Positions 24,306-35,389 of a stretch of DNA of 64,000 nt are shown in pieces. Source of the stretch: Gracilinanus agilis (taxonomy: Eukaryota); NCBI RefSeq assembly GCF_016433145.1, contig NC_058130.1:4154107-4218106 (forward strand), read 5' to 3'. Under the pieces are notes generated by a model. It was not told where the DNA came from and did no database searches. It saw only the letters and a program-made list of their open reading frames with translations. Position numbers and translations under genes: made by a program. Each line of letters begins with the position of its first letter. The first letter of the stretch is position 1.

Positions 24306-25353
24306 CTACTACCCCCACACGTGTGCATTGTGTAAATATACACGCAGGACATGGTGAGCCCCAAACACCCTTACAAAGAATTAAACTGATCCCATTTCAA
24401 CAGGCAGGAAAAGATTGCTTATGGTCATGGAAGCTGTCCTGGCACCAGCTGTTTGCACACAGTCAGACCACTGCTTTAGAGCAGAGATCAGAACTGTAAG
24501 GAAAAAAGAGGGAAGAATAATACTGAGAAAAAAAGGCAGAGCCTACAAAGGAGAAGACTTAACCCGAAGGGCTTAAACAAGGTCTGGTACCAACAAAAAT
24601 CACACGATTGATTATCTCAATAGATGCAAAAAAGCCTTTGACAAAATACAGCACCCATTCCTACTGAAAACACTAGAAAGTTTAGGAATAGAAGGGCCTT
24701 TCCTAAAAATAATAAGCAGTACATATCTAAAACCATCAACAAGCATCATATGCAAAGGGGATAAATTAGAAGCCTTCCCAGTAAGATCAGGAGTGAAACA
24801 AGGATGCCCATTGTCACCTCTATTATTTAACTTTGTACTAGAAACACTAGCAGTAGCAATTAGAGAAGAAAAAGAAACTGAAGGTATTAAAGTAGGCCAT
24901 GGGGAGACTAAGCTATCACTCTTTGCAGATGATATGATGGTCTACTTAAAGAATCCCAGAGAATCAACTAAAAAGCTAGTGGAAATAATCAACAACTTTA
25001 GCAACTTGCAGGATACAAAATAAACTCACATAAATCATCAGCATTTCTATATATTTCCAACACATCTCAGCAGCAAGAGGTAGAGAGAGAAACACCATCT
25101 CCCTAGACAATACAAAATACTTAGGAATCTATCTACCAAAACAAACACAGGAATTATAAGAAACACAACTACAAAACACTTTACAAACAATTAAAACTAG
25201 ATCTAAACAATTGGAAAGCCATTAATTGCTCATGGGTAGGACGAGTTAACATAATAAAAATGACCATTGTACCCAAATTAATTTACCTATTTAGTGCCAT
25301 ACCTATCAAACTACCAAGAAGCTTTTTTACTAAATTAGAAAAAACTATAACAA

Positions 25354-25902
25354 GTGTATGTCCTTCAGTTGGGGAATGGCTGAACAAATGGTGGTATATG
25401 CTGGTGATGGAATACTATTGTGCTCACAAAGGAATAATAAACTGGAGGAATTCCATGTAAACTGGAAAGACCTCCAGGAAGTGATGCAGAGTGAAAGGAG
25501 CAGAACCAGGAAAACATTGTACCCAGAGGGATACACTGTGGTAAAATAGAATGTAATGGACTTCTGTATTAGCAGCAATGCAATGACACAGGACAATTCT
25601 GAGGGATTTATGGAAAAGATGCTACCCACGTTCAGAGGAAGAACTGCAGGAGAGGAAACAGAAGAGAAACAACTGCTTGAACACATGGGTTGAGGCAGAC
25701 ATGATTGGGGATGTAGACTCGAAAGGACCACACCAGTGCAACTATCAATAATATGGAAATAGGTCTTGATCGATGAGACATGTTAAAATTCAGTGGAAAT
25801 ATGCATCAGCCATGGTGGGGGGAGCTCAGGGGGTGAAGGGGAAAGTAAGAGCATGAATTATGTAACCATGTTAACTTTTCTAAAAAATAAATATTAATGT
25901 TA
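25354..25902 (+). mobile_element. Second 5'-truncated L1 (3' end only) nested in the L1 ORF2
   Basis: Duplicate ORF2-end and 3' UTR sequence; TSD aaaaaactataacaa (25339-25353) / aaaaaactatagcaa (25903-25917). Confidence 0.9.
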
Positions 25903-26847
25903 AAAAAACTATAGCAAAGTTCATTTGGAAGAACAAAAGATCAAGAAAATCAAGGGAAATAATAAAAAAAATATGAAGGAAGGTGGCCTAGAAGGACCAG
26001 ATCTTAAACTGTACTATAAAGCAGTAGTCATCAAAACAATACGGTACTGGTTAAGAGCAGAAGGGAAGATCAGTAGAATAGACTTGGGGAAAATAATCTC
26101 AGCAAGACATTGTACAATAAACCCAAAGAGCCCAGTTTTGGGGACAAAAATCCACTAGTTGACAAAAACTTCTAGGAAAATTGGAAGAGATTATATTTGG
26201 GAGAGATTAGATTTAGATCAGCATTTCACACCTTACACCAAGATAAATTCAGAATGGATGAATGACTTGAATATAAAGAAGGAAACTAAGTAAATTAGGT
26301 GAACACAGAATATTATATTTATCAGATCTTTGGGAAAGGAAAGATTTTAAGACCAAGCAAGAGTTAGAAAATATTACAAAATGTAAAATAAATAATTTTG
26401 ATTACATTAAATTAAAAAGTTTTTGTATGAACAAAACTAATGCAATAAAAATTAGAAGGGAAGCAACAAATTAAAAAAATCTTTATAACAAAAACCTCTG
26501 ACAAAGGTCTAATTACTCAAATTTATAAGGAGCTAAATCAGTTGTACAAAAAAGCAAGCCATTCCCCAACAGATAAATGGGCAAGGGAGGTGAATAGGCA
26601 ATTTTCAGATAAAGATATCAAAACTATCAATAAACACATGAAAAAGTGTTCTAAATCTCTTATAATTAGAGAAAAGCAAATCAAAACAACTCTGAGGTAC
26701 CACCTCACACCTAGCAGATTGGCTAACATGATAGCTAAGGAAACTAATAAATGTTGGAGGGGACTCGGTGGAGTTGTGAATTAATCTAACCATTCTGAAA
26801 GGCAATTTGGAATTATGCCCAAAGGGCTTTAAAAGATTGCCTGCCCT

Positions 26848-26934
26848 GGGCAAGTCATTTGACCCCCATTGCCCACCCTTACCACTCTTCCACCTAGGAG
26901 CCAATACACAGAAGTTAAGGGTTTAAAAAAAAAA
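26848..26934 (+). mobile_element. 5'-truncated SINE1_Mdo-type SINE nested in L1
   Basis: gggcaagtcatttgacccccattgccc...gggtttaaaaaaaa; 17-bp TSD aaaagattgcctgccct (26831-26847) / aaaagattacctgccct (26935-26951). Confidence 0.9.
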
Positions 26935-28733
26935 AAAAGATTACCTGCCCTTTTATCCAGCCACACCACTGCTGGGTTTACACCCCAAAGAGATTATAAG
27001 GAAAAAGACTTGTACAAAAATATTTATAGCTGTGCTCTTTGTGGTGGCAACAAACTGGAAAATGAGGGGATGTTCTTCAATTGGGGACTGGCTAAACACA
27101 TTGTGGTATCTGTTGGTGATGAAATACTACCGTGTTCAAAGGAATAATAAACTGGAGGAATTCCATGTGAACTGTAACAACCTCCAAGAATTGATGCAGA
27201 GTGAAATGAGCAGAACCAGGAGAACGTTGTACACAGAGACGGATACACCGTGGTAAAATAGAATGTAATGGACGTCTGTACTAGCAGCAATGCAATGACT
27301 GAGGACAATTCTGAGGGACTTATGAGAAAGAACACACTCCACATCCAGAGAAAGAACTGTGGGAGCAGAAATACAACTGCTTGACCACATGGGTGGAGGG
27401 GGATATGATTGGGGATGCAGACTCTAAACGATCACCGTAATGCAATTATTAATAATATGGAAATAGGTCTTGATCAATGACACATGTTAAAGCCAGTGGA
27501 ATTGCTCATTGGCTACAGGAGGGGGTGGGAGGAGGGGAGGGGAAGAGCATGAATCATGTAACCATGGAAAAATATTCCAAATTAACTAATTAAATACAAA
27601 TTTTCAAATAAAAAAACAAACAAGGTCAGGTAAGTCAAAACTAGGGTAGATCTGGCAGAGATGACATCAATCTCAACATCCCTCATTTCCTTCAGAAACT
27701 GATGGCAGTGGCAAAGAATTGTCATGACTGATCTGCTTGCCACCCAGATGGCTGCCAAAGGCAACACTGGGTTAGAATACAAACTAATCCATAAAAATGT
27801 CATGTGGGAGAATGAACAGTATCATCTCATAAAGCAGAGAATCTGTAGAGGGCAAAAGAATTGAAAGAAAGTTTGGCGAGCTAGCCAATCTCAGGGGCAT
27901 TCGAGGACAAAAACCAAAAGAGGACCCCAAACACAAAGGAAATGGAAATGTCTGCACAAATGAATATAAGAAAGTTTTCTTTACCCATCAAGACCATGGA
28001 ACCCTATACTCGACCCATGACATCATATTCCCTGAGAAACTTGGAGAGAACATAGAAATAGTACCAGACAGAGAAATGATGGGAAAAGCATTTGCAGCAA
28101 ATCAGTCTGTGCTGGGACCAGTACAATGCGGAGAGACTGATCTGTTGGGGGCTGACAGAGGGCAGTGAGGGGTACTAATAGGAATGGGACCCCCATTCTC
28201 TGAAATCTTGCATTTCTCACCAGTTAGCATTAGAAAGAATCTGCAGCATTAGTCAAGCACAAATTGAAGCATTAGTCATTAGTACTGGTTCCATAATATA
28301 CTATACTGGGCCATCAGCTTTGTGCCTAATCTGTCTTGTTTATTACTTATATTGTTCTATATTTACTTTAGTTCTGAACTGTTAGATATAATTAATTACC
28401 TATAGTGGTTGTCTCTTGGCCTGTATCTTCCCCTCCCCCTTCACATTCCAGAAGGGTAGCAAGACCTCTCACACAGACGAATGATGACAAGGTGGACAAT
28501 GGGGGAAACATGAGACACGGGCACTAAGGATTCTGGCAGTCCAGAAGGATCTCCCAAACCTATGTGTGCTCCTTTTCCCCTATGACCAAACCACACCTCC
28601 TCCTGAATGTGGCCATGCTCGTTTTGCAGGAAATACCTCTGACCTCACTGATTAACAAAAATTAACTGAGAAACCTTAAACTTCCAAACCAATGGATACG
28701 GCAGCCAATAACCAGCCCTTGGGTTGGATTTTT

Positions 28734-28913
28734 TTTTTAACCCTTGTACTTCTGTGTATTGTCTCATAGGTGGAAGATTGGTAAGGGTGGGCAATGGGGG
28801 TCAAGTGACTTGCCCAGGGTCACACAGCTGGGAAGTGGCTGAGGCCGGGTTTGAACCCAGGACCTCCTGTCTCTAGGCCTGACTCTCACTCCACTGAGCT
28901 ACCCAGCTGCCCC
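28734..28913 (-). mobile_element. Young full-length SINE1_Mdo-type SINE
   Basis: Complete head-to-polyA sequence; 14-bp TSD tgggttggattttt (28720-28733 / 28914-28927). Confidence 0.93.
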
Positions 28914-29721
28914 TGGGTTGGATTTTTAAATGGCCTCCTCCTCCCTGAGGCATGAGAGCAATCAGGAGGGAGAAATCACAACACTTGAGTAAAACATTTA
29001 AGTATTTTAAATAAAAACTATTTAAATAATTTCCTCTAGTACAAGACTGGCTCCCCTACAAGGTGCCACAGCACAAAAGGGAATATATTCCTTCAGTATT
29101 CAGGGCTGATCTCCAGGAAAAGGAAAGCCCAAAAGACAGCGGGATGGCCAAAGAAGCTTTAAACGGCCAATTTCCCAGTGGCATATTTGTGTTCTACAAC
29201 TGGGCTGTAGTAACTAAAATAAAAACTAAAGAATCGCAAATTCCAAAGTCCGGTGGATTCAATCAATTGCATTCTCCTCATTTTTATGAAGTGTTGTTGG
29301 GTGCTCTAGCCTGGGTGGGGATACCAAGGCAAAAGAGAAAAAACTTCCCTTGCCCGGGAGAAGCTTATGTTCTATGGATTCCATGGGAAGGAGGAGGACC
29401 AGGAAAATCAAGGCTCTGAAAGAAATCCGGACCCAAAAAATCAGGTTCAGACTTTGGACATTCCAGGAGGGCTTTCTCAAGGCTTTCTCCTTGTTGAGTT
29501 CTCTAATGCCAACAAGGACTAATGAAAGAATGATCTCTGTTCAGAAACCATCCCGACATTTCCCCGATTCCCATCAGTACTTACTAAAATTCTTTCTCCT
29601 GAACAGGCTATTTCTTGTGCCATTTTTAATTGACTATTTAGAAATTATATACATATATAAAATACTCCTTGGAATCTCTGGAATTTTTCCTTTAAACACT
29701 TATTAAAAAATACTTCATGGA

Positions 29722-29911
29722 GGGGCAGCTGGGTAGCTCAGTGGAGTGAGAGCCAGGCCTAGAGACAGGAGGTCCTGGGTTCAAACCCGGCCTCAGCCAC
29801 TTCCCAGCTGTGTGACCCTGGGCAAGTCACTTGACCCCCATTGCCCACCCTTACCAATCTTCCACCTATGAGACAATACACCAAAGTACAAGGGTTTAAA
29901 AAAAAATTAAA
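29722..29911 (+). mobile_element. Young full-length SINE1_Mdo-type SINE
   Basis: ggggcagctgggtagctcagtgg...gggtttaaaaaaaaa; perfect 17-bp TSD aaaaaatacttcatgga (29705-29721 / 29912-29928). Confidence 0.95.
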
Positions 29912-30771
29912 AAAAAATACTTCATGGACCCCCAGATTTGAAAAAAATCTGAGCTCACCTCCCCCCCCCCCAGCTAAACCTGAGGCCGAAAAGGGACTCT
30001 TCTAGAACATTCCTGACATAGTCTTGGCTCCGAGGTTTCAGCAAATTCCAAATTTTGGAATGTTCTTCCAACCTCAAGGCTAAAGTTGTTTCTTTGAAGC
30101 TTCCATCATTGCCCTCTGGTGCCCACAGAGCAAGGTGGATTCCTCCTTCGGTGTCTGAGGGCAGCTCTGCCATCTGTCCTTCTCTAGTCCGTCAGTCAAA
30201 AAGCATTTAGTAAGCACTTGGTATGTGGCAGCCCCGATGGGGTGGAGGAGAGGGGTGGCTCCATGAGAGTACAGAGAAAAAAGGAACACAGACTTATTTT
30301 TAAAAACTAGAAACAAATTTTAAAAAGGAAGAAAGAGAAGCAAAGTCGATCTCTGCTCCTCGGGAGCACCCAGCCCAGGGGAGGGAGACAACCCGTAAAT
30401 AACTACGGCCATAAAGGCTAGGCTTGGCGTAAATGGGACGCCGTCTGCGGGAAGCCACAGGGTGAGGGGGATGGAGGGAGGCTTTTCACAGAAAGGCCAT
30501 CTTAGCTGAGCCTTGAAGAAAGTAGGGGAAGCCAGAGATAAGGAGGCAAAGAATTCCGCTCCCTGAAAAAAACTTTTCCGTATAGTTAACCATTTATGCG
30601 CACGTCTGTGTGTGTGCAGTTTGCATGTGTGGAACATTTCTTTGATGTGAGAAGCAGGACCCACGGACGGGGGCCGCGGGGGGGGGGGGATTCATAATCA
30701 AATCTGTTGTTTGGAAGGTTCCGAAAACCTCGCTGGGGAATCTGCCTGATTTCTCCTTGAGGAGCTGGTCT

Positions 30772-31529
30772 TGTTAGGTCACCGAGTCCTTCTTTTCTAT
30801 TTCTGGGAGTTTGCATTTCTCTCTTCTTTTACGTTCTCAAACTGATTAGCTTCGAGCTCCCCAAAGAGATCCCCTTCTCAGGTCAAAGGTTACCGGCTCT
30901 CCCCTCTTGCTGCCCTCCTCGGTGGGCTCACTTTTCCCGCGGCTCTTCCCTTCCAGATTCTCTTCTTCTGTAGGTTGCTCCCACGCGGCTCCTGGGTTTT
31001 GGCCTCATCTCCTGGGTTTCCTCGGCTGGACTCGGTTCTTCTGGTCTCGTCTCTTCAGTGGAGCTCGTTTCCTCCTTTCCTTCCTTGAGGGTGTGTCCGG
31101 GGCTCGTCTTTCTTCTGCCGGCCTCGTCCTTTGGGTGACTTCGAGTGGGACTCGGGGTTGTGTTTCTCTTCGGCATAACGACGGCTCTCTCGGAGAGGCC
31201 GTCTGGAACTGGAAGAAGAAGCATCTCCTGAGACCACAGACCGCTTACGCTCTATATTGTCACGTGGGTAAGTCAGGCTGACTTCCTTGGCCTAGCTGGG
31301 CCAATTCTAAACTCTGCCTATCTGGCTGTTGGGCCTTGTGGCTTACAGCTTCATTATTAAGCTTTATAACCTTCTTCTCTCTCAGTCCAGGCTGGACTAG
31401 CCTCTACTTTTCTCTTTATTCCTGCCGATTGTAAATAAACTCTTCAACCGGATGCTGACTTGGGTCTGATTTAATTACAGAATCAACCTAATTGTTGATT
31501 CCTGGCGGCCACATATTGATTCCGAGACA
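30772..31529 (+). mobile_element. Probable solo ERV LTR (about 760 bp)
   Basis: TGT..ACA ends with flanks gtct/gcct (3/4 TSD); AATAAA at 31434; pyrimidine-rich body and U5-like end. Boundaries are inferred. Confidence 0.55.
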
Positions 31530-33309
31530 GCCTCCTCAGGGAACTGCGTGAGCTACTTGACCAGCCAGCGTTCGTGTTTGTCTGTAGCCCCGGCCCTCAG
31601 CCAGGCCCACGCAGGCGCCCAATGAGTGCTTCTTGGCCTGGTTCGACTTAATATTTTGGGCGGCTCTTATGAATTTTGGAAGTAGATTATCCTGTCCACC
31701 CCCTGCGCCCCGACAATAGTCCCTTCTGCTCCCCACCCCCACCCCGGAAGACGGGACTTGAACGGAGGACAGACAAAAACCGCGGCCAAAGGGAGAGACA
31801 AAATGGCGTCCGTAGCACCCAGGAACGAGCGTCTCCCCGAGAGGAGGGCTCTGATGTCCTCCCCGTCAGAAGTGCAAGTTAAGCGGCTTAGAGGTCCTCC
31901 TGCTCGGCCCAACGGTGCGGGGAGATGAGCCTCACGGCAGCCTCAGTTCTCAGCAAAGGATTCCGGGGAAAGACTTCCCGGCGGGGCATCTCGTGCCCAC
32001 GGAGGCAAACGTCACCGCGGAAAGCCTCAGCAGGGAAATCGGATGAAAATAAGCCGCACATAAAAGAGGCCGCGTTTAAGTACTTTAAAGGCATCGTTTG
32101 CCTGGAAGTAAAAGAGCCTGAATTAGAAAACGGTGTCAGGGGCCACCGAAGAGCAAGTCGCACGAATGGAGCTCGGATAGGGGAGGGGGAGGGGACCCCC
32201 AGAGGGCCCAGGAAGAGCCAACCTTTGCAGCGCTCACCTCCTGAGCCCCTTAGCTGACCCCACCAGCTCCCCCGAGGCCCCCGCTTTGGCTGAAGCCAAG
32301 GACAAAGGGAGCCGGACAGGCCGAGCTCCAGCCGCAAATGACCGTCGGCAGCATCCAGGGGAAGCGGCGAGTCAGTCTGGCCAACAAGAGGGGAAGCCAG
32401 TCGGGGTCTTGCGAGCCGGGGGAAGAGCACCCTAAGGAGATGGAGGGCACCGAGGCCCCCGCAGGGAGCTGGCCCAGGAGCCCGAAAGCCCAGGGAGGGC
32501 GAGGGCAAGGCCTCGGCGGCAGACGAGATTCCTTTGTTTTTGAGCCACGGCAGGAAGCCGGACGTTGCAGAAGGTGCCGTCACCGTGTCCCCTCGACCTC
32601 AGAACGGATGTTTAATCTGGGAAAGGGTCCTGGGCTTGGGCTCCCATCGCGGTTCTGGCGGTGACTCAGCCTGTGGGCCCAGAAGCAGCCGCTTAACCTC
32701 TCTGAGATGAAGAGGACTGTGGCGAGGACCCGGGAGATAATCGATGCAAAGCACTTGGCAGCTCCCGCAGCACTATCTATAGGAATGCCAGTTATTATTA
32801 GCACGACATCTGCTGTTATGATTTCATGTGCAGGAGCCGCCCGCCACCATCTTCCAGCACGTCCCAAGGCAGAGCGGCTCCCCCTCGCAGAGGCATCCTC
32901 CAGTCCGGCCGTCCTCTCCCCCGTCCTGGGCTTGAAATCGGGTTTGTAACTACCACCGTCGGCGTGGACAGCCAGGCTACTGGCTAGCACGAGCCCAAAC
33001 TGGGGTGACTGCGGCCGTGCCGGGCGAACCTTCATGCGCACAACGAGTTGTTTCCCCTCTGCGGTTCCCTGTGCTCTGCTTGTTCCCGTTTCTGCCTTTC
33101 TCCTTCCAGAACAGGTCTCGGGATGAGATTAAACGTTGCGACGTGGAATTATCAGCTTTCGGACAGAAGGCTACAAACGTGGTCTGAGCCTAACACCGAA
33201 CATGGCCACGGGCTATTTCCATGGGTGGAAGGACTCCATTTTGTTGTTGCCGAGTTGGGTCTGACTCTGTTACCTCATTTGGCAAAAATACTCGTGGTTT
33301 GTCCCTGCC

Positions 33310-33466
33310 TTCTCTAAATCCTTTGACAGATGAGGAAACTGAGGCATAAAGGGTTAATGACTTGCCCTGTCTCACATAGCTAGGAAGTATCTGAGGATGG
33401 ATTTGAATTCAGGTCTTCCCAACTCCTGGCCCAGTGCTCTATCCACTGTACAACCTGGCTGCCCCT
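33310..33466 (-). mobile_element. MIR/MAR1 SINE
   Basis: gacagatgaggaaactgaggc...atttgaattcaggtcttcc...tctatccactgtacaacctggctgcccct. Confidence 0.8.
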
Positions 33467-33717
33467 TTCATTTCCTTAAATAGATACTTTCCAGAGTTCT
33501 CTGAATCTCTGATCAAAGGACATTCCTGTTGATAGTCTCTCTGGTGTCTGTTCCTTCCCTCTTCCCATTAATGGGCATAATCCACCTTGTACCATGTTCA
33601 GAGGAATATCTCTGTTCCGGTATGTCTGGCTTTAAATTCTAGTTCAATATTTTTGGTACTCGGTAAGAGTCTATATATTTGGCATAATGATCATAAGAGA
33701 CCATTAACTTTCTCTAT

Positions 33718-33900
33718 GGGAGGTGCAGCCAAAGTGGCAGAGAAAAAGCAAGGACCTGCCCGAGCTATACCAAATTCCCTTTCAAACATCTCTAAAATAT
33801 CACCTCAAAATAAGTTCTGAAGCAGGAGGAGCCACCAGAGATTGGGTGAAACAATGTTCCTTCCCAAGACAACTTGGAAGGCTGGCAGGAAAGGTCTGTT
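33718..33900 (+). mobile_element. Marsupial L1 5' UTR start fragment
   Basis: gcagccaaagtggcagag...ccaaattccc...cctcaaaa...ggtgaaacaat...cccaagacaacttggaaggctggcaggaaaggtctg resembles the marsupial L1 5' end as I recall it. Confidence 0.6.
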
Positions 33901-34019
33901 AAGTGGTGTGGGAGTGGAGCACTGCCCAGTGAAGAAGAGAAGGAAAGGTGTCAGGAAGGAATGAGATGACCGAGAAGGAGGGGGAGATAACAAGAGAGGA
34001 GCGAGAGGGCTTCACCAGC

Positions 34020-34510
34020 AGGAAGGAAGGAAGGAAAGAAGGAAGGAAGGAAGGAAGGAAGGAAGGAAGGAAGGAAGGAAGGAAGGAAGGAAGGAAGGAA
34101 GGAAGGAAGGAAGGNNNNNNNNNNNNNNNNNNNNNNNNNNNNNNNNNNNNNNNNNNNNNNNNNNNNNNNNNNNNNNNNNNNNNNNNNNNNNNNNNNNNNN
34201 NNNNNNNNNNNNNNNNNNNNNNNNNNNNNNNNNNNNNNNNNNNNNNNNNNNNNNNNNNNNNNNNNNNNNNNNNNNNNNNNNNNNNNNNNNNNNNNNNNNN
34301 NNNNNNNNNNNNNNNNNNNNNNNNNNNNNNNNNNNNNNNNNNNNNNNNNNNNNNNNNNNNNNNNNNNNNNNNNNNNNNNNNNNNNNNNNNNNNNNNNNNN
34401 NNNNNNNNNNNNNNNNNNNNNNNNNNNNNNNNNNNNNNNNNNNNNNNNNNNNNNNNNNNNNNNNNNNNNNNNNNNNNGGGAGGGAGGAGGGAAGGAAGGA
34501 AAGAAAGAAG
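34020..34510 (+). repeat. Long (GGAA)n microsatellite spanning an assembly gap (364 N, 34115-34478)
   Basis: GGAA units on the left of the N run and a GGAA/GGGA-rich tract on the right. Confidence 0.95.
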
Positions 34511-34714
34511 GACCATTTCATGTGGGGTGAACCCCTTCCATGAACTAGGGGAAGGCTAGGAGTATGTCTAGAGGATCTCTATTGTAGGAAAGTACTTCAG
34601 AAATGAATTCCTATCTGAGTACAAATGTAATAAGTGGTTCATGCCCTGCATCCCTGGAGTGGAGGATGGGGGGCATCAAGCAGATATCACATAGATCCAT
34701 TGAATTCTGGGAGT

Positions 34715-34940
34715 ACTGATAAAACATCTATGCTAAGTGTTTTATACACATCTCATTGGATTGTCACAAAAAACCTCTGGGAGGCAGGTGCTATTTTATT
34801 CCCATTTTTGAGCTAGATAAAGGGTTAAAATGACTTGTCTAGGACTGTCACACAACTGATAAGTGTCTGAGGCCACATTTGAATTCAGGACTTCCTAACT
34901 TTAGAGCTGGCACTCTATGCAATATGGTGCCACCTAGAGA
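34715..34940 (-). mobile_element. MIR/MAR1 SINE
   Basis: ctcattggattgtcacaaaaacctctgggaggcaggtgctatt...atttgaattcagg...tgccacctag. Confidence 0.75.
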
Positions 34941-35353
34941 CCACTAGAAACAACAGGCATTTTCCTTTCTACGCTGGCTTGTCCAATTCAGCATCCCATC
35001 AAAAGAGCAAATCTTTGCTGTCCCTGCTTTCTTGAATGCTTGTAATATATTGGGGGGAGTCGGGGGGGGGCACGGTGGTGGCAAGAAATGCCATGAAGCC
35101 AACCTTTCAGGTATCTCATTAAAACCAAGTGTGTGGGTCCAGCTAGAGCATTTCTCAGCACAGGATCTCTCCCCCCCCCACCCTTTACCCTTTTTGAGCT
35201 CTTCTAAGGAAACTTGTGAAGAGCCCACTGTTGTGGCTGTACAGCGAATGTGAATGAGCCTCCAGATGCCCATGGGGTAGAGCTTGTGTGTGCTTGTGTT
35301 GTTGTTGTTACAAACCTCCTCTAATGAGTCTGTCTGCAGATGTCTTTGCAGTA

Positions 35354-35355
<2 letters not shown>

Positions 35356-35388
<33 letters not shown>
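35356..35388 (+). repeat. (GT)n microsatellite, about 16 units
   Basis: Read directly. Confidence 0.95.

Positions 35389-35389
<1 letters not shown>

Larger units (their letters stand above)
24590..27617 (+). mobile_element. 5'-truncated L1_Mdo-type LINE (RT domain to 3' UTR), disrupted
   Basis: Encodes KQGCPLSPLLFN...LFADDMMVYL (RT). 15-bp TSD aaacaaggtctggta (24575-24589) / aaacaaggtcaggta (27618-27632) at a TT|AAAC L1 endonuclease site. Confidence 0.95.
24370..28170 (+). mobile_element. Degraded RTE-clade LINE fragment (endonuclease end to RT start), split by the L1 at 24590-27617
   Basis: Left part encodes VLAPAVCTQSDHCFRAEIR, containing the APE endonuclease SDH motif. Right part encodes TDLLATQMAAKGNTGLEYKLIHK...EQYHLIKQRESVEGK...MGKAFAANQ with stops and frameshifts, similar to marsupial RTE ORF as I recall it. 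Confidence 0.7.

Noticed and set aside
27833-28168. 111-codon A-rich open frame first considered as an endogenous viral element or L1 3' transduction
   Set aside because: It lies outside the L1 TSD, and rejoining the flanks gives an SDH endonuclease motif followed by RTE-like tether and RT sequence, so it is best explained as a decayed RTE LINE.
33899-34559. ORFs spanning N runs (also 14506-14934)
   Set aside because: Artefacts of assembly gaps and simple repeats.
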